64,000 bases of DNA from a virus (Duplodnaviria; Heunggongvirae; Uroviricota; Caudoviricetes), in IMG/VR virus record IMGVR_UViG_3300020048_000019, positions 1 to 64,000 of that record; one strand, 5' to 3'. Shown piece after piece: positions 17,774 through 26,356 of the stretch; the first letter of the stretch is position 1; each line of letters begins with the position of its first letter. Both the position numbers and the translations under genes were made by a program. Under the pieces are notes generated by a model that worked only from the letters and a program-made list of their open reading frames with translations, made no database searches and had not been told where the DNA came from.

Positions 17774-20330
17774 CAAACGCATAACTTGCCAGCCAATCCC
17801 ACTCGTAGCTTTTACGAAGCTCAGTGGGATTACCTTTGACTGACTCGTAGTATTCCACGGCATCTTCTGCACCCAAGTGGCTGTACTCAAATGCATCTTC
17901 ATGCACAAGCCACTGTTTGAGTCTGTACTCGTTTTCAACGTTGGGCAAGCTAGCACGAAGTTTAAGAACCTCACGAAACGCTGTGCGCCAGCACATCCAC
18001 GGAGTTTCTTGATAGTATGCTCTGCCACTTAGGACGGGCACAACTTCATGAGCGCTGTCTAACGTAAAGTCAAGTCCATGTCCAGAGTTAGCCAACACCA
18101 AGTCTCGGTTGTAGGCAATCATGGCCTGATGTCCGTATACCAAGCCATTCACTGTGTTCTCAGCATGAAAGATATAATGCTTGGGTTGCTGCATACGATC
18201 AGGTTGCCAGTCCCAGTTAAAGTTTGGCTCTACACGTAGTTTGGCAAATACTGCAAAGAACCAAGGTGTAGCACTCTTGCGAGCCGCAGCATGATATGCA
18301 GCCACACGACCTTTTACGTTGTCCACACGATGAATCAAGTTGTTGCGATTGTATCTGCTGTCTAGTAGTGCAGAATAGTTAACGTCAGCGTTGGCTTCTC
18401 CGTTTGAAATAAACACAATATCCAAGTTTTTATCGCCGTGGCGCCGCTGTTGCTTTTTGTCAATGTAAGGATAATCGTACAGTTGTGTCTTGATATACGG
18501 CAGCGCCACACGCGGTACAATCACTGCACTTGCACCTGCACTAAGTGGCGTTATTGTTTTGGTTTCTGCACGCCACAAGTTCACAGCTGGCACCGTGACA
18601 GGCATGCCATTGGCAGTAAACAATGCTAGCGGGCCAGACCATTCTGCAGTTTTAACTGCTTCAACATTGCTGTCTCCCATATGCTCAATCACAGGCAACG
18701 GTCTGCGTGGCACAATATAATCAACAAAGTTTACATCGTACCATTCCAGTAGCGCCTTCTTTTCTGCACGCTCTGCAAAGGTAGGAACATGCATGTAAAA
18801 TGTGTCGCCAAACTTTTGATCGTTTGATGGGAACACATGCAGCATTGTGGCTTGCCATTGTTCAGGATGCCAGCTAAAGTCGAAGCCTGCGTAATCACAA
18901 ATGCTACTACACACCCAGACCCACTCATGCTCAGGTCCAATGCTCTTGGCAAGACGTATTAGCGTGTCGCGGTAGTTGTCAAAGTAGCGTACTGTTTTGA
19001 CAACGTTGGGCATTTGTCTAGCATGCCCGTCCAAGTGATCAATTTCGTAAATTGCAACAGATTCCTTGTTGTTGGTAATACGTATTTGATCCACGTACTT
19101 GACTTCTGTTGCTCCGAGTATGCTGTAGACAGGACCGCCTGTGCGTTGGTGCTGTGTGCCAAATTGATAGATGTAAGCTTTCTCGGCAGCATCAGGGTGC
19201 CAGGTCCAGTCAAATGTGTCAGTGTCTACACCTGCTGGCACTGTCCAACAAGAGTCCGTGGATGTTTTGATTGCACGGGGATGACTCACATATTTGACTT
19301 CTGTTGCTCCGGGCACAGTGTAAACAGGGCCACCTGTTTGTTGCCACTGTGTGCCAAATTGATAAATGTAGGCAACTTCTGTAGTGTCTGGATGCCAGGT
19401 CCAGTCAAATGTGTCAGTATCTATACCGTCGGGCACTGACCAAAAAGAATCTACAGACGTTTTAGTTGCTTGTGGGAAATTTATGTACTTGACTTCTGTC
19501 GCGCCGGGCACGGTGTAAACCGGTCCACCTGTTCGTTGGTGCTGCGTACCAAATTGATAGATCAATGGAGGATTACCCGGATCCGGTACCCATGAATAAT
19601 CTACCTCGGTACCATCAATGTCAGGTGGCACAGTCCATGATGCCCGATCAGGCAACAGTTGTGCATGCGGCCGGTCCATGTACTTGGCTTCCGTTGCACC
19701 CGGCACATGATATTCTAGTGTGGGCATTTTTTCCGCACTCCAATGCTGGTTACCAAACACATAAATGAAGGGCGGATCTCCCGGGTCAGGAACCCACGAA
19801 TAGTCCCACTCACAGTCAATCAAGGTATGCCAACGGTTGCAATGGCGTTCGGGTAACCGTGCTCGCGGCTCGGTCATGTACTTGCGTTCTGTTGCGCCAG
19901 TTACTGTATATTCTACAGTGGGCATGATCTCAGCCGAGTGCCACTGATTGCCAAACACATAGATAAAAGGCTGATCCATGGGATGCGGATGCCATGTGTA
20001 ATCAAAATCTGCTGTGGTTAAAAGATCAAATTCGGCAGGCAAGGACTTGTTGGGGACGATATTTTTATGAAAGTGATATTTGATTTCGCCGACAGCTGGT
20101 ACTAGATATGTACCTGAGTAATCGTGATGTTGGCTAGGCCAGGTATGTGTAAATTCACTCTGCCATGGCACAGGCTCATAATCAAAATCAAACGTATCAT
20201 AGTCTGATAAGTATGATATCCACCAAAAATACCTAGTACGACACAGTTGTTGTGCGTGCTCAATACTTTGTGCTTCACATTCGTGCGCAAACAGATTGGG
20301 TTTACTCCCTGAATAAAATACGTCAAACAT
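17742..20330 (-). CDS. 862-aa protein with about seven tandem ~43-aa repeats (FDxxWxPDxxxxPxIYxFGxQHxxxGGPVYTVPGATExKY)
   Basis: ATG confirmed. Protein-level repeats with matching ~130-bp DNA periodicity at about 19130-20010. C-terminal half is non-repetitive. Confidence 0.5.
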   Translation of the reverse strand: MFDVFYSGSKPNLFAHECEAQSIEHAQQLCRTRYFWWISYLSDYDTFDFDYEPVPWQSEFTHTWPSQHHDYSGTYLVPAVGEIKYHFHKNIVPNKSLPAEFDLLTTADFDYTWHPHPMDQPFIYVFGNQWHSAEIMPTVEYTVTGATERKYMTEPRARLPERHCNRWHTLIDCEWDYSWVPDPGDPPFIYVFGNQHWSAEKMPTLEYHVPGATEAKYMDRPHAQLLPDRASWTVPPDIDGTEVDYSWVPDPGNPPLIYQFGTQHQRTGGPVYTVPGATEVKYINFPQATKTSVDSFWSVPDGIDTDTFDWTWHPDTTEVAYIYQFGTQWQQTGGPVYTVPGATEVKYVSHPRAIKTSTDSCWTVPAGVDTDTFDWTWHPDAAEKAYIYQFGTQHQRTGGPVYSILGATEVKYVDQIRITNNKESVAIYEIDHLDGHARQMPNVVKTVRYFDNYRDTLIRLAKSIGPEHEWVWVCSSICDYAGFDFSWHPEQWQATMLHVFPSNDQKFGDTFYMHVPTFAERAEKKALLEWYDVNFVDYIVPRRPLPVIEHMGDSNVEAVKTAEWSGPLALFTANGMPVTVPAVNLWRAETKTITPLSAGASAVIVPRVALPYIKTQLYDYPYIDKKQQRRHGDKNLDIVFISNGEANADVNYSALLDSRYNRNNLIHRVDNVKGRVAAYHAAARKSATPWFFAVFAKLRVEPNFNWDWQPDRMQQPKHYIFHAENTVNGLVYGHQAMIAYNRDLVLANSGHGLDFTLDSAHEVVPVLSGRAYYQETPWMCWRTAFREVLKLRASLPNVENEYRLKQWLVHEDAFEYSHLGAEDAVEYYESVKGNPTELRKSYEWDWLASYAFVKRSLVPDQQ
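19130..20010 (-). repeat. in-frame coding tandem repeats (about 7 units) within the 862-aa gene
   Basis: Recurrent DNA blocks, for example ccaggtccagtcaaatgtgtcagt at about 19199 and 19392. Confidence 0.5.
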
Positions 20331-21456
20331 GATTAGAATAGATGAGCTTTATAATAATACGTTTTGGCCTTGGCTTTACCAAAATCGTCCCGGGATCAGA
20401 GCATATTTCTGTGATCCATTTGGTAGGAGTGATCCAGATAGTGTTCACAACCACGGCAGAGATGACATCCCCGAGTACAATTATATATTCTTTTTTGATC
20501 AAGAGCCTATTCATTTGAGCATACACACCAAGACATTTGAACACGTACTAGGTGCAAATCTTGACATAACGCACAAAAAAATTAAAAAACAATTCTATCG
20601 AAAAAAGAAAGCAGGGTACTTGATTACCAGTGAAAAAGACAGCGAGAACGTGGATCATGTATGCCAACAATTTGGTTGGAAATCTTTATATTACTTCTTT
20701 CATGGCTGGGCTGCACTAGATTGGTATCGCGGTTACGACAAAACATTCTTGATCACACCGGTCAACGAGCGCACAATTACTCATACATTTTTAGCACCAA
20801 ATCGTATTGTTGCCGGCGAGCGACAGCACCGATTGGAAATGTTGTATCATGTGTTCAAACGCAACATGGCACACAACCACATCAGTTGCCCTGCTGTATG
20901 CCCTGCTGAGAACATCAGCATAGAGGACGCGACCACTCCATTGTTATCAAAGTACCCAGATATTCAAAAAGTGTTTGCGGCTCAAACTTTGCCAATCAAC
21001 TTTGAGAACGAGTCTAATCATCCTATGCACAGTTGTTGGCTCAGTTTGTTTGGCCAAGCTAGCGAAAGTCTGTTATACTTGGTAACTGAAACTGTGGCAA
21101 CAGGCCGCAGACACCACCTTACTGAAAAAACTTTCAAGCCTATTGCCCTAGGCATGCCATTTGTTATTGTTGGTACTCGTGGCAGTTTAGAATACCTGCG
21201 CAGTTACGGTTTTCGCACCTTTGAAGGCATCTGGGACGAAAGCTATGATCAAGCAGACGACAGCAATCGAATTCAGCGTATTGCTAGCTTATTACAAAGC
21301 TTAGACGAGCTTCCGCAATCAGGCAAACAAGAATTGTTTGAAGCTTGTCAAGAAGTTATAGAACACAATTGGAATCACTTTTACGGTGGTGGCTTTGAAG
21401 CTGTGCTATGGCAAGAATTAAATGAAATGTTAAATGGAATTGAACCTAATAGCTGA
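20329..21456 (+). CDS. fucosyltransferase-like (GT10-like) glycosyltransferase, paralog 2 of 5
   Basis: YYFFHGWAALDWYRG and LVTETVATGRRHHLTEKTFKPIALGMPFVIVGTRGSLEYLRSYGFRTFEGIWDESYD. Confidence 0.5.
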   Translation: MIRIDELYNNTFWPWLYQNRPGIRAYFCDPFGRSDPDSVHNHGRDDIPEYNYIFFFDQEPIHLSIHTKTFEHVLGANLDITHKKIKKQFYRKKKAGYLITSEKDSENVDHVCQQFGWKSLYYFFHGWAALDWYRGYDKTFLITPVNERTITHTFLAPNRIVAGERQHRLEMLYHVFKRNMAHNHISCPAVCPAENISIEDATTPLLSKYPDIQKVFAAQTLPINFENESNHPMHSCWLSLFGQASESLLYLVTETVATGRRHHLTEKTFKPIALGMPFVIVGTRGSLEYLRSYGFRTFEGIWDESYDQADDSNRIQRIASLLQSLDELPQSGKQELFEACQEVIEHNWNHFYGGGFEAVLWQELNEMLNGIEPNS

Positions 21457-22618
21457 CCAAGTTATCAAGGGTCGCATATATCCTGCCCTAGCACGGCATT
21501 CCGCAAGGCCTTATACACAGGCATGGCGCGAGTTCGGGCTACATTTTCCTTACACTGTACCTTTAAGATTGCAAGAGTACTGCAACCACCACAATGTAAA
21601 AATTAATATTCATCACATGCACAGTGCTTTGCCCAAAAACACTTATTATCCTGTAGGTCTTGGATTTTTTAATTTTGGGATTGACTATTTCACATTGTTA
21701 CCTGCTGAAGTGTTTTATGCTGTGTTAAAGGGCAAAATTCGTGTGTTATTTTACTATCACGAAGGTGACAATCCATTTAGTATCAAGCAGCGTCTGGACA
21801 CTCTTGCAGCACAGTTAAGGCTTCCGCAAGATTGCTATGTGTTTGTCAGCGCCAATTCTGCTGCCAGCAGTATTCCCGGCTTTGTGCATTTTAACGATTT
21901 TGAATTATGGTACTGGCAACGCAATGAGGCTGTACAGCCTTGCAACATACATGATCAGCTACGCGAGCGTGAGTTCACTGTGTTGAATAGACTGCACAAA
22001 TCATGGCGTGCTACTGCAATGGCAGATCTGCATCGTCAAGGCATCTTGAACAACAGTTACTGGAGTTATTGCGAATCTGGAGACTTAGTAGATGCTGAGA
22101 ATCCCATAGAAATAGACAGTATTGATACTCTACGAACCTCCACTACAGATTTTCTAGCACAGGCTCCTTACATAAGTGACAAGCTGAGTCAGGATGAACG
22201 CAACAATCATAGTATTCAAGAATCCAAATATTATGTAAATGCCTACTGCAATATTGTAATGGAAACACATTTTGATGCTGACGGGTGTGATGGAACTTTT
22301 CTTACGGAAAAAACATTCAAACCTATCAAGCATGGACAATTGTTTTTTATTGCAGGGCCAGCTGGTAGTTTGCAGCAACTGCGTGATCTAGGTTATAGAA
22401 CATTTGATTCAGTCCTGGACAACACTTATGATCGCATTGCAGACAACACCCAACGATGGCTCAGACTGCGTGACGCTATTCAACAAGCACAACATAGATT
22501 AGCAGACAGATTTGAGGCAGCTAGATCAGATATCGAGCACAATCAGCAGTTATTTGTGGCTCCCAAGACCCAACGTTTAAATACTCTTGTTAGGAAAATA
22601 AATGAGCAATATTGTTAA
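21434..22618 (+). CDS. fucosyltransferase-like (GT10-like) glycosyltransferase, paralog 3 of 5
   Basis: C-terminal METHFDADGCDGTFLTEKTFKPIKHGQLFFIAGPAGSLQQLRDLGYRTFDSVLDNTYD. Confidence 0.5.
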   Translation: MELNLIADQVIKGRIYPALARHSARPYTQAWREFGLHFPYTVPLRLQEYCNHHNVKINIHHMHSALPKNTYYPVGLGFFNFGIDYFTLLPAEVFYAVLKGKIRVLFYYHEGDNPFSIKQRLDTLAAQLRLPQDCYVFVSANSAASSIPGFVHFNDFELWYWQRNEAVQPCNIHDQLREREFTVLNRLHKSWRATAMADLHRQGILNNSYWSYCESGDLVDAENPIEIDSIDTLRTSTTDFLAQAPYISDKLSQDERNNHSIQESKYYVNAYCNIVMETHFDADGCDGTFLTEKTFKPIKHGQLFFIAGPAGSLQQLRDLGYRTFDSVLDNTYDRIADNTQRWLRLRDAIQQAQHRLADRFEAARSDIEHNQQLFVAPKTQRLNTLVRKINEQYC

Positions 22619-23642
22619 TTCGTACACTAGTTGGCAACCACTAGAAGAAGTTATTGTGGGCAGAGCCTACAGTCCAGACTATTTTGATTTTATCGACAAC
22701 CCGCAGGTGCGCAATCAGCTACAACAAATCCTGTCCGAGACTGAGGAAGATCTAGACCAATTGAGCCGCACAATTGAAAAGTACGGTGCCACTGTACGTA
22801 GACCAAACTTGCCCGACAAAGAAGGTTTTCTTTGGCTCCACGGTAAAGATAAAAAAAGAAAAAAAGAAGCACCGTTGCCTCCCTTGACGCCACGCGACTG
22901 GCAAATTACACTGGGTGACAAATTGTTGCGTGTACTGAACATGGAAGGGCTGGACGAAATCTGTGCCAGCTATGGGGATCAAGTTATCAATCCACATTAC
23001 GGGCGTTGGGATCCTAAGTGTGTTCTAAACGGTGCGTCAGCTAGTTGTATTGTGCGGGTAGGGCGCGATGTATTCTTCGACAATAGCGATTTCCTCAAAC
23101 CTGAGCAAACACGCTGGATTGTGGACAATGTACTAGGTCCCGAATATCGCATTCATGAAGCCATTACAGACGGGCACGGCGACGCTGTATTTGCTATTCT
23201 CAAGCCAGGTGTTATTTTAAGCAGTAAGCATGACGTAAACTTGGACCTGGCCAAAGACTTTCCTGGATGGGATGTTTGCAAGATCTGGGACAGCAGCATC
23301 TGGGCAGCAATGGAAGTGGGCAAGTTCAAGTATGAGCAAAGTCCGGGGGCATGGTATGTGCAAGGTCAAACACCCACCCCTGAGTTTGCACAGTTTGTGG
23401 ACACCTACCTAAACAAGTGGACTGGCTTTGTGGCAGAAACTGTGTTTGACGTCAACTGTCTTGTGCTGGACGAAGAGAACGTCATCTTTAGTGCATACAA
23501 CAAGCAGGTGTTTGACTACTGCCACAAGCATCGTATCAATCCTATTATTAGTGAACTGCGACATAGCTACTTTTGGGACGGTGGTATCAGTTGCTGTACA
23601 CAGGATATTCGTCGTCGTGGTGGCATGGAGACTTACCTGTGA
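22602..23642 (+). CDS. amidinotransferase (AGAT/StrB1/CyrA/SxtG-like, guanidino-group-modifying enzyme superfamily)
   Basis: C-terminus WDGGISCCTQDIRRRGGMETYL parallels the AGAT catalytic-Cys tail GGGFHCWTCDVRRRG..YL. Internal GHGDAVFAILKPGVIL block. Confidence 0.55.
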   Translation: MSNIVNSYTSWQPLEEVIVGRAYSPDYFDFIDNPQVRNQLQQILSETEEDLDQLSRTIEKYGATVRRPNLPDKEGFLWLHGKDKKRKKEAPLPPLTPRDWQITLGDKLLRVLNMEGLDEICASYGDQVINPHYGRWDPKCVLNGASASCIVRVGRDVFFDNSDFLKPEQTRWIVDNVLGPEYRIHEAITDGHGDAVFAILKPGVILSSKHDVNLDLAKDFPGWDVCKIWDSSIWAAMEVGKFKYEQSPGAWYVQGQTPTPEFAQFVDTYLNKWTGFVAETVFDVNCLVLDEENVIFSAYNKQVFDYCHKHRINPIISELRHSYFWDGGISCCTQDIRRRGGMETYL

Positions 23643-24307
23643 AGATTTTGATCAATGGCGACAGCAACATGGCTGGCGAAGAACTAGCTGACAAGAGCCA
23701 AGCCATTGGCGCTCAGTTGTGTCGACTGTTAGGAGGCCAAGAGATCAATCTAGCACTAACAGGGGCCAGCAATGACAGAATCTATAATACCACAGTGGAG
23801 TTTGTTAAAGAGAATCCCAATATAGACTTGGTAGTAATTGGCTGGAGCGAGGTATCACGGGTACAATGGTTCCTAACCAATCGCGGGGTTCCTGAATTTG
23901 TTGAAGTAAACAATTTAGGCGTGGGGCGCTGGGAATATCCTCCAGAATACAATCAACGATTAGAACATTGGCACCAGTCTGGCACCAACATGGATTATCG
24001 TACAGGGCTTAGTCACTACTGGCACGAACGTATCTATAACTTGCACAAGTACCTAGAACACTTGCAAATACCGCATGTGTTTTTTAATGCTTTTCACGAG
24101 TTCATGATACCTGATCCGCAGTATCAACTGGACTGGAATCATTGTTTTGTGAGCCCATATGACCCAACTGACACTTATGTGGACTTTTGCCAGGCGCATA
24201 ACTACAAAGAAATCACACCAGGATGGTATCACTTTGAAGCTGCTGCTCAACTGGCATGGGCACAGCGTGTGTTTGCCCATGTACAGCAACATGGAAGAAC
24301 TAGATGA
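23639..24307 (+). CDS. SGNH/GDSL-family hydrolase (esterase or deacetylase-like)
   Basis: Block I motif ILINGDSNMAG (GDSx). Start proposed at GTG 23639 (GTGA overlap, GGAG 9 nt upstream). The track start at 23573 is a TTG. Confidence 0.45.
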   Translation: MKILINGDSNMAGEELADKSQAIGAQLCRLLGGQEINLALTGASNDRIYNTTVEFVKENPNIDLVVIGWSEVSRVQWFLTNRGVPEFVEVNNLGVGRWEYPPEYNQRLEHWHQSGTNMDYRTGLSHYWHERIYNLHKYLEHLQIPHVFFNAFHEFMIPDPQYQLDWNHCFVSPYDPTDTYVDFCQAHNYKEITPGWYHFEAAAQLAWAQRVFAHVQQHGRTR

Positions 24308-24495
24308 AAATTGTATCCTTAAAGGAGCTAGTTGCATTGTGCGTGTGGGCTGTGATGTGTTTTTTGATAACAGTGACTTTTTACGGTCTAACCAAACACG
24401 ATGGATTGTGGACAATGTACTGGGATCAGACTACTGAATCCGCGGAGCAATTTCTGACGGTCATGGTGACGTCGTATTTGAGAGTCTCAGGCCTA
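24290..24495 (+). pseudogene. decayed partial duplicate of the amidinotransferase gene (corresponds to residues ~115-195)
   Basis: The DNA at 24311-24480 aligns to 23015-23190. The peptide LDENCILKGASCIVRVGCDVFFDNSDFLRSNQTRWIVDNVLG carries a premature stop, a frameshift and an internal deletion. Confidence 0.45.
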
Positions 24496-24562
24496 GCGTA
24501 TTACTAGCAGCAAACTCAAAGTGTTATTTGTGATTCATCCAGATCTGTAATGTAAATCGTGT

Positions 24563-26050
24563 TTACGAGCATACCTTTATCCCGTATAACCGTTCAAATC
24601 TATCAGCGTCTGCACGATCATTGACCATGGGCTCGCCACGTATGTTTAATGAAGTATTAAGCAGCATAGGGCATCCTGTTAACACATACCACTTTTCTAA
24701 CAGTTCTCTAATTCCTGAACCATCTTTTGGTACAGTCTGGACACGACTAGTGCCATCAGCGTGAACGATAGCAGGAAATAACTCAGGATGGCGGCAACGA
24801 GCGATTGACTGCATATACCTATTGTTACTGAAACCGCGAGGCATATCAAAATGCTGATCAGCAAGTTCCTCCAGAATAACTGGCGCAAAGGGGCGGAACT
24901 GTTGTCTACGTTTGATTTCATTTACTTGATCCTTGATTTCTGGGCCTCTAGGGTCCGCTAACAAACTTCTGTTGCCTAGTGCTCTTGGACCAAACTCAGC
25001 CCTGCCGCTAGCAACACCCACAATACGGTCTGACAGAAGGCAGTCCAGAATGGCATGTACAGGGTAAGCACCGCCAATATCATGGCCCAGAAAAGCATTG
25101 TTCCAAGCAATCCTACCGCCATGAGCCAAGGCAGCGGCACCCAAGCTAGAGCCAGCATCACCAGGACAAGGCATAATCCAAATATTATCAAATAGCTCAC
25201 CAAGTCTCCTGTTGGCACTACAGTTCAGTGCAACACCACCTGCATACACCAAGTTCTTGCTCCAGCCGTGCCCTCGGGCACGATGCATCACATTCATTAT
25301 CAGATCTTCCACAAGATCCTGGGCACCTGCAGCAATGTCCATGTCACTGATATGACTCAGATACTTGATACTCAATCCTGTGTGCAGATTTTCCCGGAAC
25401 CGTAGTTCCCATTCATTTGCCACCAGGTCTTTCTTCATCAGCTCGCCAAAGCCACGTTCACCGTAAGCGGCCATGCCCATTAGAATGTATTCTTCGTCTA
25501 ATGGGCGTAGGCCAACGCGGCTAGTCGCTGCTGAATAAAAGAGTCCGATGCTATGCGGGTAACGCTGTGTCCACAGCTTCTGATAAGTTGCTTTACCTTT
25601 TGAATCATATTTTGCTCCCCAAATACTGATAGTATCAAATTCTCCAATAGCGTCAATTACTACTACTGTGGCACGATCAAAAGTGCTGGTCTGAAAGCCT
25701 CCTGCTGCATGACTTAAATGATGATTGTGCGTGCTTATGCGTGCTGGCAACTGGACCATGCCACTCAGCTGATCATTAATGATGCGTCTAGCACTTAACT
25801 TGTCCCACTCTATTCCCTGCCCCGAATACAGTTGTCGTAGCTGTTTCAGCCATGGACGTTCGTAATACGCAATATGATTTAATGCACCACCATAATTCTC
25901 GGCGTCTTGAATTAGTTCAAGACAAAGATTCTCATCGTTCTTTTTCTTGCTGTAACGTTCACTATGTCCGGCAAAAAGAATCTCACCGTCAGGTGATATC
26001 ACAGTGGCTGCTGCATCGTGGAACCCAGCACTAATACCCAGTATGCTCAT
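24563..26050 (-). CDS. NodU/CmcH-family carbamoyltransferase
   Basis: N-terminus MSILGISAGFHDAAATVISPDGEILFAGHSERYSKKKND is typical of NodU/TobZ/NovN carbamoyltransferases. Size 495 aa. Confidence 0.65.
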   Translation of the reverse strand: MSILGISAGFHDAAATVISPDGEILFAGHSERYSKKKNDENLCLELIQDAENYGGALNHIAYYERPWLKQLRQLYSGQGIEWDKLSARRIINDQLSGMVQLPARISTHNHHLSHAAGGFQTSTFDRATVVVIDAIGEFDTISIWGAKYDSKGKATYQKLWTQRYPHSIGLFYSAATSRVGLRPLDEEYILMGMAAYGERGFGELMKKDLVANEWELRFRENLHTGLSIKYLSHISDMDIAAGAQDLVEDLIMNVMHRARGHGWSKNLVYAGGVALNCSANRRLGELFDNIWIMPCPGDAGSSLGAAALAHGGRIAWNNAFLGHDIGGAYPVHAILDCLLSDRIVGVASGRAEFGPRALGNRSLLADPRGPEIKDQVNEIKRRQQFRPFAPVILEELADQHFDMPRGFSNNRYMQSIARCRHPELFPAIVHADGTSRVQTVPKDGSGIRELLEKWYVLTGCPMLLNTSLNIRGEPMVNDRADADRFERLYGIKVCS

Positions 26051-26149
26051 TTGTAGATAAAAGGGTCGCGCTTTCTCAGCTCTTTTAATTTTTTACGATA
26101 ACGAATTTCTAAGGTGATTCGTGCCCATAGTTGTTTGATCCAGTTCATG

Positions 26150-26356
26150 TTATGTCTTTCTAAATTTAGGTGTAGAGTCTGCACTGGCTTCATATTCCAG
26201 TCCTTGTAATACAGCAGCTAGATCTGCAAGAGATTTTTGATCCAGTCTGTGTCTAAACATTGTGGCAACTCCTGCGCCGTACACAAGATAAAACAGATCC
26301 TTGGGATCCTGCTCTAGTTGAATTTTAAATATTTCTTGCATTTTTTCCAGCGTCAT
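26150..26356 (-). CDS. hypothetical small protein (68 aa)
   Basis: ATGA overlap with the upstream gene. Confidence 0.35.
   Translation of the reverse strand: MTLEKMQEIFKIQLEQDPKDLFYLVYGAGVATMFRHRLDQKSLADLAAVLQGLEYEASADSTPKFRKT

Noticed and set aside
19130-20010. Periodic DNA repeats considered as a possible CRISPR-like or satellite array
   Set aside because: Period of about 130 bp with no spacer/repeat structure. They are in-frame coding repeats of the 862-aa protein.
24159-24437. Track ORF of 92 aa
   Set aside because: Its second half is the frame-disrupted remnant of an amidinotransferase duplicate. Its first half overlaps the SGNH gene out of frame.
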